Shown here piece after piece: positions 27,240 through 37,280 of a stretch of 64,000 nt of DNA (position 1 is its first letter; every line of letters starts with the position of its first letter). Source of the DNA: a virus; IMG/VR virus record IMGVR_UViG_3300030329_006606, positions 1 through 64,000 of that record; one strand, written 5' to 3'. The position numbers and the translations under genes are program-made. The notes below the pieces were generated by a model. It had not been told where the DNA came from and did no database searches. It saw only the letters and a list, made by a program, of their open reading frames with translations.

Positions 27240-27632
27240 GTGGCTTACTCTAACAAGAAAGTAAAAAACAAATTTCAATTTCTTGTATGGAGGTTTCTAG
27301 TGGAACCAGAAAAATGCAGTTGGCCCAAAGAAATTAAGATAGCTAAAACATTATTTTCAAAATACCCAAACTTTATGTTTTGGAAATGGTTAGAGCTAAT
27401 CAATAAACATGGGTATAAATATAAGGTTAATTCCTTAGCGTATTTTTTAACAGAAAAAGGTAAAGTACTAGTGCATAATAAGTATGTGTTTTACAGAAAC
27501 TTTAAAAATACAGGGATATATAATCCCAAAAAAATAAATCTAGAAGACAAGAAGATAGGTAAAGATAAGAAGGTAAATAAAAAATTTAAATTATTTGATT
27601 TTATTCGTTATGGCAAGAAAGAAAAAAACTGA
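27240..27632 (+). CDS. Basic hypothetical protein
   Basis: GTG start 6 nt after TTGACT-N16-TACACT promoter. Confidence 0.7.
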   Translation: MAYSNKKVKNKFQFLVWRFLVEPEKCSWPKEIKIAKTLFSKYPNFMFWKWLELINKHGYKYKVNSLAYFLTEKGKVLVHNKYVFYRNFKNTGIYNPKKINLEDKKIGKDKKVNKKFKLFDFIRYGKKEKN

Positions 27633-28710
27633 TACAGAAGAAGGTAAATCCCCCTTAGGTCAGATACAGACCTACCTAGAGCAAAACAAGGCGGATCATT
27701 ATAACTTTGAAGAAGAAAGAAGTTATGTAGTTTCGAGCGGAAGCTTACTCTTGGATATAGAAATGGGTGGTGGTATTGGCCCCGGGATCATCCGAGCCTC
27801 AGGAATAACAGAGGGAGGTAAAACATCCTGCGCCCTTTCCTTTGCTAAAAATTTCCAGAAGATGGATAATGCTATGGTAGTCTACATTAAATCAGAAGGC
27901 AGACTCTCTCAAGAGATGCTTGAAAGATCTGGTGTAGATACAAACGAAGACAAATGGTTCGTTTATAAAAGTAACGTTTATGAATCGGTTATTAACCTAA
28001 TGAGGGAGTTAGTAAAGAATAATCCTGAGAACTATAAGTATATGTTTATTATAGATTCAATGGATTCCTTGGTTCCAAAAAATGACCTAGAGAAACCACC
28101 CGAAGAAGCAAACAAGGTGGCTGGCGGAGCATTACTTAGCGCAGACTTTCTCCGCAAAATGGCCCTAGGACTAACAACCCGCGGCCACATATGTTATATG
28201 GTGTCACAAGTAAGAAGCAAAGTTTCCATAAACCCTTACGAGAAAGTAGATGCTCGCGTAACAAATGCCTCAGGAGGCAACGCATTACTACACTACAGTG
28301 ACTGGATTATTGAATTTCAAGAAAGACACCTGAAAGATATTATAAGCACCCAACCTCAAGGCAAAGGCGATCTCTTAGGCCACTGGTGTAAGGTTGTATT
28401 TAAAAAGAGCCCGAACGAAAAAACGGGCACCATGGTCAGATACCCTATTAGATATGGCCGAACAGATGGAAAGAGTATATGGGTCGAGTATGAAGTAGTA
28501 GACATGATGTTGCAGTGGGACATGGCCTCAGCCAGAGGAGCGTGGGTTACGATCTCTGACGAAGTGGTAGAAGAAGTGCAAGAAAAAACAGGTCAAGAAT
28601 TTAAAAAACAACACCAAGGTATGGACAACTTCAGGAAATACCTTGAAGAGAACAAGGAGATAGGTAAACATCTTTTTTATAAATTTAGAGATGTTTTGAA
28701 AAAGTCTTAA
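27610..28710 (+). CDS. recA: RecA/UvsX-like recombinase
   Basis: SSGSLLLD, GITEGGKTS Walker A, FIIDS Walker B, SQVR, SGGNALLHY. Confidence 0.88.
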   Translation: MARKKKTDTEEGKSPLGQIQTYLEQNKADHYNFEEERSYVVSSGSLLLDIEMGGGIGPGIIRASGITEGGKTSCALSFAKNFQKMDNAMVVYIKSEGRLSQEMLERSGVDTNEDKWFVYKSNVYESVINLMRELVKNNPENYKYMFIIDSMDSLVPKNDLEKPPEEANKVAGGALLSADFLRKMALGLTTRGHICYMVSQVRSKVSINPYEKVDARVTNASGGNALLHYSDWIIEFQERHLKDIISTQPQGKGDLLGHWCKVVFKKSPNEKTGTMVRYPIRYGRTDGKSIWVEYEVVDMMLQWDMASARGAWVTISDEVVEEVQEKTGQEFKKQHQGMDNFRKYLEENKEIGKHLFYKFRDVLKKS

Positions 28711-28731
28711 TCTATGTGTATAATATTTTAT

Positions 28732-29158
28732 GGGAGCGTACTGGATTCGATTTAGAACCTTACGCCAGATTGCAAGCAGAGGATAATGGTTGGCCTCTTA
28801 AAACATCCATTAAAAAATCCAAATGCCAATGATACCATTGACATGGAGATGGCCCCTTCGCTAGCCGAAGCTGACGCGATCCTCGCTAAGTTCGGTTATG
28901 TTGAAGAGGAAACTCTCCAACTAGCAGCTTAAGTTCTGCTACGTCCTACTCTGGATGCTCGTTAAAGAGATAGGGCGACGACAGCGAGCAAAACACTGGT
29001 TGAGTCTGGTTGAGTCTCCAGTAGTTTAAAAAAAGATAGACCAAACCTTACGTGAAGTCGTCGGCCACGGACACGTATTGAATTAGGCCGACTAAGCTTG
29101 TAGTACATTTGAGCCGATGGCTTTAAAGACGCGGGTTCGACTCCCGCCGCTTCCACCA
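28732..29158 (+). ncRNA. ssrA: tmRNA
   Basis: 5' GGGAGCG..GGATTCGA, 3' GCGGGTTCGACTCCCGC CGCTTCC-ACCA, G3:U70 pair, tag ORF 28825-28932 ending LAA-stop; TTGAAA-N17-TATAAT promoter upstream. Confidence 0.95.
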
Positions 29159-29167
29159 ATTTAAATT

Positions 29168-29689
29168 ATGGCTCATCCACAACAGGCAGAATTCTGCAAT
29201 AAGGTTAAGGCGCTTTTCCCAAACCACTTTACTGGTGTCAACGTCTTAGATTGCGGCTCCCAAGATATTAACGGCAACAACAGATATTTATTTGAAAATT
29301 CTCAATACCTCGGGATAGACTTAGGCGAAGGACGAAACGTAGACGTAGTTTGCCCTATGTCTAAGTTTAAATCTGATTCTGGATATCAGACGATTATTTC
29401 CACAGAAGCTTTTGAACACGACAAAGACTTCGACGCCAGTTTAAAAAATATTTTAAACCTCCTACTTCCCGGGGGCCTATTCCTAATGACTTGCGCTGGC
29501 CACGGTAGACAAGAACATGGCACTCATAGAACCACTGGGTCTGACTCACCATACACCTTAGATTTCTATCAAAACAGATACCCCGAAGACTTCAGTAAAG
29601 CTATTGACCTATACAAAGAATTTAAAAAATTCTCCTTTGAATACAACAGCGAAACCCGAGATTTATATTTTTGGGGATTAAAATACTAG
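29168..29689 (+). CDS. Class I SAM-dependent methyltransferase
   Basis: VLDCGSQDING, GID...G.NVD, EAFEHD, LLPGG. Confidence 0.85.
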   Translation: MAHPQQAEFCNKVKALFPNHFTGVNVLDCGSQDINGNNRYLFENSQYLGIDLGEGRNVDVVCPMSKFKSDSGYQTIISTEAFEHDKDFDASLKNILNLLLPGGLFLMTCAGHGRQEHGTHRTTGSDSPYTLDFYQNRYPEDFSKAIDLYKEFKKFSFEYNSETRDLYFWGLKY

Positions 29690-29695
29690 ATTTGC

Positions 29696-30112
29696 ATGAG
29701 ACTATTCAATATACACGGTCGCGCACAAAACAAGAATGTCGCAAAATACGCAATAGATTGGGATAAAAAATCTAAATCAAAATTGCAGAAAAGCGTTAAA
29801 GACTTCCTGAGACCCTACTGGAAAGCCCACGTGGTATTCGAGGAGTTCCCAGTGTATGGAACTAGATTGAGGGTAGATTTTTTAAATGCAACAAACAAGA
29901 TAGCCATAGAAGTTAACGGCCCACAACACAATGCTTTTCATAAGTTTTTCCACGGTAACTCTAGAGCCAAATACCTTGAATCAATCAAGAGAGATATGCA
30001 AAAAGCTCAATGGTTAACAGATAATAAATTCCACTTAGTGGAGTTAGAGGAAGAAGATATCTTAAATATGTCAAAGAAAACTTTTGAAGAGAAATTTAAG
30101 ATTTCCCTTTAA
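29696..30112 (+). CDS. DUF559/Vsr-like endonuclease
   Basis: LRVDF...IAIEVNGPQH...RD..K. Confidence 0.8.
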   Translation: MRLFNIHGRAQNKNVAKYAIDWDKKSKSKLQKSVKDFLRPYWKAHVVFEEFPVYGTRLRVDFLNATNKIAIEVNGPQHNAFHKFFHGNSRAKYLESIKRDMQKAQWLTDNKFHLVELEEEDILNMSKKTFEEKFKISL

Positions 30113-30154
30113 AGTCTTGACTGAGATAAAAATTCAGCTATACTTTAAAGTAAG

Positions 30155-31639
30155 ATGGACTCAATTTATTCTATACAAGTAGAGAAGCATGTCTTAGGAG
30201 GGCTAATTAAAATTCCAAAATCCTTCGCGGACGTGGAGAAATACATCACGGAAAAAGACTTTGTCAATGAAGTTCATCAAACCGTTTTTCGTGTTCTCCG
30301 AGAAGTTATTTTAGAGAGAGGAACAGTAGACACGGTTATTCTTGCTGAGAAAATAAAAAATATAGGAATATCATTCAAGGATGACATTAATATTTACGAC
30401 TACCTTGAGGCTATTTCTTTCAGCCAGATAACCTACAAAGCAATTATAGAAGCATCTCAAGAATTAAAGAAACTTACTGTACGTAGAGAGCTTTACCATA
30501 AGTGCGACGAAATTAAAAAATTTATCAAAGAGAACGGTGAAGAACAAATTGATGCAATCGTGAGCGAGGTGGACTCCCTGTATGGAGAACAACTCAGAAC
30601 CTATGAGATAGAAGATGAGCCAATCAATATATTCGAAACTATGAGAGACAATGTAGAAGAAAGAGGAAACAACCCACAAGACGACATGGGGATTCAAACC
30701 CCATACCCAGAATTTAACAGATTATATGGTGGCCTTCGCCCCGGCAACCTCTACGCTATAGTAGCTAGACCGGGGCAAGGCAAAACAACTTGGTTAAATG
30801 ACATCTGCTTTAAGACAGCAAAGATGAATAAAATACCCGTTCTCATCTTGGATACAGAGATGAGTTCAATGGATATTCAATCCAGAATAGCCTCGGCACT
30901 CACAGGGGTTCCGCCTTGGTACATAGAAACAGGAAACTGGCGCAAAAATCCAGAGCTTATAGATAAAGTGAGAGAAGGACTGAAAAGCGTTCGCAATGAG
31001 AACCTCCATCACTTTTTCGTTGGTAATAAAAATATAGATCAAATTTGTTCTCTGGTAAGGCGCTGGCACTTGACTCACGTGGGCCGCGGAAACCCATTCG
31101 TGCTTGGTTATGACTATGTTAAGCTTACCGGAGAGAAAGTTGGCAACAACTGGGGAGAACACCAAGCTATCGGTGACAAAATTGACAAGCTCAAGAAACT
31201 GTCAGAAGAGTTACAATGCCCCCTAATCACAGCAATGCAACTAAATAGGTCCGGCGAAAACTTTAACCGCCGCGCGCAAGGTGTGGTGGATGATAGCTCT
31301 GCCATATCTTTGTCAGATAGACTTCAGTGGTTTGCATCATTTGTTGCAATTTTTCGCCGAAAAGTTGTGGAAGAAATCGCTGAGGATGGAGAGCAATTCG
31401 GAACCCATAAGCTCATACCGCTTAAGACTAGGTTCCAAGGTAAAGACGCGGCCGGTCATCATGATATTGTCAGAAGGTTAGGTCAAGACGGAGAAGAACG
31501 TTGGGTGAATAATTATTTAAATTTTAATTGTGAAAACTTTAATGTTCGAGAAATGGGCTCCCTAAGGGATGTAGACGCTAGAGCAAGAGAGCAATATCTA
31601 GTAGAAGGAGAAAATCCACATGACGGAGACGTAATATAA
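30155..31639 (+). CDS. dnaB: Replicative DNA helicase
   Basis: E..VLG N-domain, ARPGQGKT, EMS, DY, QLNR, K.R motifs. Confidence 0.93.
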   Translation: MDSIYSIQVEKHVLGGLIKIPKSFADVEKYITEKDFVNEVHQTVFRVLREVILERGTVDTVILAEKIKNIGISFKDDINIYDYLEAISFSQITYKAIIEASQELKKLTVRRELYHKCDEIKKFIKENGEEQIDAIVSEVDSLYGEQLRTYEIEDEPINIFETMRDNVEERGNNPQDDMGIQTPYPEFNRLYGGLRPGNLYAIVARPGQGKTTWLNDICFKTAKMNKIPVLILDTEMSSMDIQSRIASALTGVPPWYIETGNWRKNPELIDKVREGLKSVRNENLHHFFVGNKNIDQICSLVRRWHLTHVGRGNPFVLGYDYVKLTGEKVGNNWGEHQAIGDKIDKLKKLSEELQCPLITAMQLNRSGENFNRRAQGVVDDSSAISLSDRLQWFASFVAIFRRKVVEEIAEDGEQFGTHKLIPLKTRFQGKDAAGHHDIVRRLGQDGEERWVNNYLNFNCENFNVREMGSLRDVDARAREQYLVEGENPHDGDVI

Positions 31640-31640
31640 A

Positions 31641-32552
31641 ATGGACTACAAAGAAATATTATTAGACATGGGGTATTCGAACATAATCGATAACGGTAGA
31701 GAGTTAAGAACTAAGCCGATCTACCGCGACTCAAGCAGCAATACGGTTCTAAGCATCAGGAAAGACACCGGCCACTTCATTGATTTCAGCAAGCAAATCA
31801 GTGGATCATTCTTAGAACTGGTTAAGATTTCCCAAGGGTTTAAGGATTACAAAGAAGCTCAAAACTATTTAGAAGATAAAGGCAGCGTCACAAGAAAAGT
31901 TATCCGTAAGCCTGAGGTGAAATCCCCAAAAGTTTTTCCCTCGGAATACTTATCAAAACTCCTACCAGATCATAGCTACTGGATTGACAGGGGTATAGAA
32001 AAATCAGTGTTAGAGGAATTCGGCGGCGGCCTTTGTAAGACGGGGAGTATGGAGGGCCGCTACGTATTCCCTATTTTAACCTCCAAGAATGAATTGATAG
32101 GAGTCTCCGGAAGAGACGTGGAAAACAGGGAATCTAAACCAAAGTGGAAACATAAAGGTACTAAAGCTTTCTGGAAATACCCATTACAAATTAATTATAA
32201 GATTCTTAAAGAAAAGAAAGAAATCATACTTATCGAGAGTATCGGTGACGGTCTATCCCTCTGGCAAGCTGGCGTTAAGAATTTTATAGTCACATTCGGT
32301 TTAGATTTAAATACTAATTTAGTTAATTTATTTTTAAAATTAGACCCCAAGAAAATATATATCTCATTCAATAATGATTCAAATAATAATAATGCAGGTA
32401 ATTTAGCAGCAGAAAAAGCAAAGAAAAAATTATGTAAATATTTTGATCATAATCAAATCTCTATTAAATTACCTACAAAGAAAGATTTTGGAGAAATGAG
32501 TATGAAGGAGATAAAAGAATGGCAAATTAATACTTGCCAATCTGTAAAATAA
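31641..32552 (+). CDS. dnaG: DnaG-like primase (TOPRIM)
   Basis: RYVFPI...IGVSGR, KW, LIESIGD, KDFGEM; follows dnaB. Confidence 0.85.
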   Translation: MDYKEILLDMGYSNIIDNGRELRTKPIYRDSSSNTVLSIRKDTGHFIDFSKQISGSFLELVKISQGFKDYKEAQNYLEDKGSVTRKVIRKPEVKSPKVFPSEYLSKLLPDHSYWIDRGIEKSVLEEFGGGLCKTGSMEGRYVFPILTSKNELIGVSGRDVENRESKPKWKHKGTKAFWKYPLQINYKILKEKKEIILIESIGDGLSLWQAGVKNFIVTFGLDLNTNLVNLFLKLDPKKIYISFNNDSNNNNAGNLAAEKAKKKLCKYFDHNQISIKLPTKKDFGEMSMKEIKEWQINTCQSVK

Positions 32553-32570
32553 TAATATAATATTACTAAC

Positions 32571-32735
32571 ATGGCACTCAAAATACAAAAACAAGAACGT
32601 AAAACTGTAGATAAAAAAACTAGACAGGGCTGTAGCAACAACAGCAAAGGTATGAAGAAGTACAGAGGGCAAGGCGGACCAAGAAAAAGATGCCGCCAGT
32701 CTTGTAAGCCCGGAAGACGGGGGGCTAAAAAATGA
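32571..32735 (+). CDS. 54-aa basic protein (not in ORF track)
   Basis: MALKIQ...KKTRQG...KKYRGQG...; promoter upstream; ATGA overlap with next gene. Confidence 0.75.
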   Translation: MALKIQKQERKTVDKKTRQGCSNNSKGMKKYRGQGGPRKRCRQSCKPGRRGAKK

Positions 32736-33286
32736 GGCTAGATCATGTAGCTTACAGAGTTGAGAATAGGTATAGATCCGCTGGATTTTTTACCGAAGCT
32801 TTTGGTTATAAGCTTGGCACAGAATTTCAAATCGAATTTGATGATGGGTCCAAGGCGGACTGTCTAGCTCTTACGCCACCTGAAATAAGGCACCCAGACA
32901 CAATGCTCTGGACTCATCACGCTTTACACCCCGCACCCTACGAGACGATCAACGCAGAATACCATGCCCCACCCGAGATTTTCGTTAGTGATGGCAGCAA
33001 GGGGTCCATCGTGGGCGACTGGGTGGCAGAAAGAGGCGGAGTAGGGGGTATCCATCACATGGCATACCAAGTTGAGGACGTAGCGGCAATCATGAAAGAA
33101 TGGAAAGAAAAAGGGTACGCGGAGTTCTACTCTGAAGAACCTATAACCTGCAAAGATCCGGACTTAACACAGGTCTTCACCAAACCATCAGAACTTACAG
33201 GAGTAATATATGAATTCATTAACAGAGAAGGCGCTGGATTTTGCAAAGACAGCGTTAAGGAACTTATGCAAAGCACTAAGGAATAA
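32732..33286 (+). CDS. VOC-fold protein resembling the catalytic domain of 4-hydroxyphenylpyruvate dioxygenase
   Basis: LDHVA, GGIHHMA, LTQVFTKP...YEFINR..GF: His/His/Glu triad. Confidence 0.8.
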   Translation: MRLDHVAYRVENRYRSAGFFTEAFGYKLGTEFQIEFDDGSKADCLALTPPEIRHPDTMLWTHHALHPAPYETINAEYHAPPEIFVSDGSKGSIVGDWVAERGGVGGIHHMAYQVEDVAAIMKEWKEKGYAEFYSEEPITCKDPDLTQVFTKPSELTGVIYEFINREGAGFCKDSVKELMQSTKE

Positions 33287-33287
33287 T

Positions 33288-34823
33288 ATGAGAGACTTTG
33301 AAGGCAGAAACTACATTAATGGCAAGTGGCAAGCTACTGATGAGATGTATACTAAAATCAACCCTGCCACTGGCAAAGCGCAAGGCGCTTTCCCCTTGAG
33401 TGGACCGATAGAAGTAGAGACAGCTATTGAATCCGCTCGCTCAACTTTTAAAAAATGGAGAAAAGTTAGTAGGTTTGTACGCTCAGACTACATGAACAAA
33501 GTTGCTCAGTTAATTGAGGAAAGGAAAGATTTACTAGCTACAGCGATATCCCTAGAAACAGGTAAAAACTACAACGAAAGCGTGGCTGAAGTCAACGAAG
33601 CACTACACATGGCCCAATTTGCTTTTGGATCAGGAAGATACCCCCACGGCGAAGCGGTATCATCAGAAATACAAGACAAAGATTCTTACATGCTAAGAAA
33701 ACCTAAAGGGGTGATAGCTATCATAACTCCGTTTAATTTTCCCCTCGCAATAGGTATGTTTTGGAATGCTGCTCCAGCGTTAGTAGAAGGAAACACTATA
33801 GTAATCAAACCAAGCGAGGATGCGCCAATGTCAACTCAACTAGCTGTTCAAATCTATGAGGACGCAGGTATCCCAGCCGGTGTTATTAATTTGGTTCACG
33901 GAAAAGGTCACACTGGTGATCTTTTAGCTCGTGGCGAAGTGGATCACATTTGTTTCACTGGTTCCGCTGACGTTGGTCAACACATTCGTAAAGTCGCAGC
34001 CGAGTCTTGGCATAAAACAACCTCTTGTGAACTGGGGAGCAAATCAGCCTGTATTGTCTTTGATGACGTAGAAATTCCTTTAGCTCTAGAAGCCTCAATC
34101 GCTAGTGCGTTTAAATTATCAGGACAAAGATGTGTTTCTTCTGGACGAATCCTAGTACAAAGAACTATCTGCGATGATTTTGCTCGGAGGTTCGCCGATA
34201 AAGCTAGCAAATTAAAGACAGGTAACCCTTTTAAAAAGATCGTAAAGTCAACAGGTATGCCAGAAGCTGTTGCGTGGGATGAACTAGTCCCCGACGAAGA
34301 GATTTATTACGGACCAATCATAAACGAGCAAGGCTACGCAAAAATAAGAGCTTACAATAAAATGGTCAATGATGATAGTCAAGCCGAAGTATTACTTTCC
34401 CCCACTTATACCGGAGAACACGGGGCCTATTACTCAACTCCTATGGTTTATAAAACGGAGTGGCGCGGCCACGATGCACAATACCTACGAAACGAAGTAT
34501 TTGGCCCTCACGTAGCCATAATCCCATTTGATACAATGGAAGACGCGATTCGCATTTATAACGATACCGAATATGGTCTCGCAGTCGGAATCCTAACTAA
34601 TGATTTCAGAAAAGCGCGCGTTATGAGGGACGAGTGTGAGGCTGGTATGATTTACTGGAACGGTGGATCTATAGCAGCCGAGTCACATCTTGCATTTGGT
34701 GGAGTTAAGAAATCAGGAAACGGATTCCCAAGCGCAGCCAGAACTTTTAGAGCCGTAACTCATGAAATTAGCTGGACAGTTAACCACGCAAATGAGCTAA
34801 CGTTTCCTCAAGGAATGAAATGA
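33288..34823 (+). CDS. NAD-dependent aldehyde dehydrogenase
   Basis: ITPFNFP, KPSE, FTGS, ELGSK, SGQRC, EVFGP, FGGVKKSG. Confidence 0.95.
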   Translation: MRDFEGRNYINGKWQATDEMYTKINPATGKAQGAFPLSGPIEVETAIESARSTFKKWRKVSRFVRSDYMNKVAQLIEERKDLLATAISLETGKNYNESVAEVNEALHMAQFAFGSGRYPHGEAVSSEIQDKDSYMLRKPKGVIAIITPFNFPLAIGMFWNAAPALVEGNTIVIKPSEDAPMSTQLAVQIYEDAGIPAGVINLVHGKGHTGDLLARGEVDHICFTGSADVGQHIRKVAAESWHKTTSCELGSKSACIVFDDVEIPLALEASIASAFKLSGQRCVSSGRILVQRTICDDFARRFADKASKLKTGNPFKKIVKSTGMPEAVAWDELVPDEEIYYGPIINEQGYAKIRAYNKMVNDDSQAEVLLSPTYTGEHGAYYSTPMVYKTEWRGHDAQYLRNEVFGPHVAIIPFDTMEDAIRIYNDTEYGLAVGILTNDFRKARVMRDECEAGMIYWNGGSIAAESHLAFGGVKKSGNGFPSAARTFRAVTHEISWTVNHANELTFPQGMK

Positions 34824-36019
34824 TGACAGAGCATATACAACCAGACGAAAGAAAGACTGCTGCTGTTCTTGGAGTAGGCAGAATGGGAACAGTAATTTCA
34901 TACGCGATGAAAGAGCTTGGTTTTTTTGTTGTCGGCGTAGACAACAACGAATCTGCTGCCGTAAACTTTCGAAAACGAATGTCAGCAAACGATGGCACAT
35001 TCTACAGAGTAACTGAATCTGGAACCCTAGATGAAAATGCCATTGCAGCAGGAGTACCCCCAAAAGATTTCAGATATGTTCTCTCTCACGAGAAGCCAGA
35101 TATTGTAATAAGCAGTTTACCCTACCACCAAACCGAAGAAGTCGCTGCGTGGTGTATAGAAAACTCTTTAAGATATTGCGATCTAGGAGGAAGAGTGGAT
35201 GTATCAGAAAGAATCAATAAACTTGCCAATGAAAAAGCTAAGGCTCCCGTAATGACAGATTTAGGGCTTGCCCCGGGTTGGGTCAATATCTTAGCAGAAC
35301 ATGCTTGTAAGGAGATTCACGGCACCCCTGATGAAGTCTTAATGATGGTCGGAGGAATCCCGGGGACACCGAACAATCCCCCGCTTAATTATGCGTGTAC
35401 TTGGTCAACAGACGGGCTGCTTAACGAATACGCAGATGACTGTGAAATACTCTCTGATGGAGAAATAAAAAAAGTAAAAGGCATGGACGGCTTAATTGAC
35501 GTAGAATTCAATAAACTAAAGTTTACAAACTCCTCCCGAAAAATAGAAGCATTCTATACGAGCGGCGGTGCGTCACACACCATTAAAGATATGAAAGAAA
35601 GGGGTGTAAAAAATTGCGCTTATAGAACCATGCGTTGGAAAGGTCATGGAGATATTATAAAACTTTTAATTAGACAATGTGATTTGAGCAGAAAATGCTT
35701 AGAAAAAATATTTGAAAAAGGTTGCCCACACACAGAGGGTGACCCAGACCTAGTCCTCATTAAAGTAAAAGTTACATGCGGTAAACTAGTATGGTCTGAT
35801 GAAATAATTATAGGATATGATTCAGAATTTTCAGCTATGCAAAAGTCCACAGCCTTCTCTATCTCTGCTGTAGCATCTCAAATGGCTGAAGGGATGTATG
35901 ATGGTAAGCTAGATCAACATAGAGATTATTGGACAGAATACCCAAAAGCGTTATCATATAAACATATAAATTACAAAGACTTCAGCGATAGATTAAACAA
36001 GCTAGGAATTCAATTATAA
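34820..36019 (+). CDS. Saccharopine dehydrogenase / lysine 6-dehydrogenase family
   Basis: LGVGRMG, SSLPY, YCDLGG, GLAPG, VGGIP, WS.DGL.NEY, EAFYTSGG, T.R..GH, AMQKSTAF. Confidence 0.88.
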   Translation: MMTEHIQPDERKTAAVLGVGRMGTVISYAMKELGFFVVGVDNNESAAVNFRKRMSANDGTFYRVTESGTLDENAIAAGVPPKDFRYVLSHEKPDIVISSLPYHQTEEVAAWCIENSLRYCDLGGRVDVSERINKLANEKAKAPVMTDLGLAPGWVNILAEHACKEIHGTPDEVLMMVGGIPGTPNNPPLNYACTWSTDGLLNEYADDCEILSDGEIKKVKGMDGLIDVEFNKLKFTNSSRKIEAFYTSGGASHTIKDMKERGVKNCAYRTMRWKGHGDIIKLLIRQCDLSRKCLEKIFEKGCPHTEGDPDLVLIKVKVTCGKLVWSDEIIIGYDSEFSAMQKSTAFSISAVASQMAEGMYDGKLDQHRDYWTEYPKALSYKHINYKDFSDRLNKLGIQL

Positions 36020-36288
36020 TGAACGACATCAAGTTAAACGCCGATATGATTAACTGGTTAGATAAAAATAAATCTGACTATCAAAACATTGCTATCGATA
36101 ACCAAACCTTCCCCTCTGATGCGGTCACAAGGATGAACCAAATAAGCAAATCCCCACACTCAATGGCCGAGCGGCGCCTCTTACTTAAGGCGTTCTGCGA
36201 ACAATTTAATATGCTCCCTTACAGCGAGGGAGTACCAGTAGCAATCAAGATGATTGACCAGTGGCAACATATTAAAAAATATAAATAA
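36019..36288 (+). CDS. Hypothetical protein
   Basis: 89-aa ORF coupled to upstream stop. Confidence 0.7.
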   Translation: MNDIKLNADMINWLDKNKSDYQNIAIDNQTFPSDAVTRMNQISKSPHSMAERRLLLKAFCEQFNMLPYSEGVPVAIKMIDQWQHIKKYK

Positions 36289-36289
36289 T

Positions 36290-37243
36290 ATGCCTGAAAA
36301 TAAAGTACTATCCGCTTCAAGGATTAAAACCTTAGAAGACTGCGCGTGGAAATACTGGTGCAATTACCACCTAAAAGTCCCACAGAAAGGTAATGACGGC
36401 GCAAGCAGAGGAACAGTTTGCCACAGAATCTTTGAGCTTCTGTTGCTTAAAAAAAATAAAAAATATTTCGACGTAATCATAGACCAAAAATCCACAACCG
36501 CAAGTCCGGCTGTGTGCAGGTTAACAAGAATGCTCCTAAAACAAGAAGGTCAAGACGCAGAGTTTTACAACGAAGAAAACTACCAATTATGTCTAGACAT
36601 GATATATGTCGGGCTTAATTTTGATTTCTTCGGAAAAGGCGGAGAACCAGATAAACCGGAAATAAAATTTGTTATAGAAAAAGAAAACCCAGAATACAAG
36701 GTAATGGGCTTCATGGATAAAGTTCTAAAGTTTGATGATAAAATAAAAATAGTAGACTATAAATCAAGCAAGCGCAAATTCTCCAAAGAAGATTTAAAAG
36801 CAAACATGCAAGCCATGGTTTATACTTTAGCAAGCAAAGAGCTATGGCCCAAGAACCTCACGACCCTAGTTGAGTTCGTATTTCTAAAGTTCCCAAAGCA
36901 ACCACTCCAACAGGTGGAAGTGTCAGACGACCAACTCAAAGGATTTGAGCATTACCTAGCCCATATGTACAAAGTTATCAACAACTTTACCGAGGAAATG
37001 GCGAAACAAAACTACGCAAAAGATAAGTACGCAACCAAGTTCTTTTGTCGGTCAGACAAATCGGGGTGGAAATGCCCCTACCTAGAGAAGTTTGATTATT
37101 ATATTCTTCTTAGTGAAGAAGGTAAAATTCTTAAGTCTGCCTTTAAAAAGAAAGACTTGACAGCCTCGGATGGTCAAAAAATAGAGAAAAAAACATACGA
37201 AGGATGCCCCGCTCACACCGCTGACGACCCTTTCGACATTTAG
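36290..37243 (+). CDS. PD-(D/E)XK exonuclease (RecB/AddB-like)
   Basis: LSASRI...C, GTVCH, GFMD...IVDYKS, Q...Y, C-terminal cysteines. Confidence 0.88.
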   Translation: MPENKVLSASRIKTLEDCAWKYWCNYHLKVPQKGNDGASRGTVCHRIFELLLLKKNKKYFDVIIDQKSTTASPAVCRLTRMLLKQEGQDAEFYNEENYQLCLDMIYVGLNFDFFGKGGEPDKPEIKFVIEKENPEYKVMGFMDKVLKFDDKIKIVDYKSSKRKFSKEDLKANMQAMVYTLASKELWPKNLTTLVEFVFLKFPKQPLQQVEVSDDQLKGFEHYLAHMYKVINNFTEEMAKQNYAKDKYATKFFCRSDKSGWKCPYLEKFDYYILLSEEGKILKSAFKKKDLTASDGQKIEKKTYEGCPAHTADDPFDI

Positions 37244-37280
37244 CTCTTGACATTTTTGAAAAATGTCGTACCATTATAGT

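Noticed and set aside
28962-29159. 65-aa minus-strand ORF (MVEAAGVEPAS)
   Set aside because: Typical antisense translation of the tmRNA 3' end
36290-37243. Cas4 / CRISPR adaptation gene
   Set aside because: Ordinary phage PD-(D/E)XK exonuclease in a replication cluster, no cas1/cas2 or array
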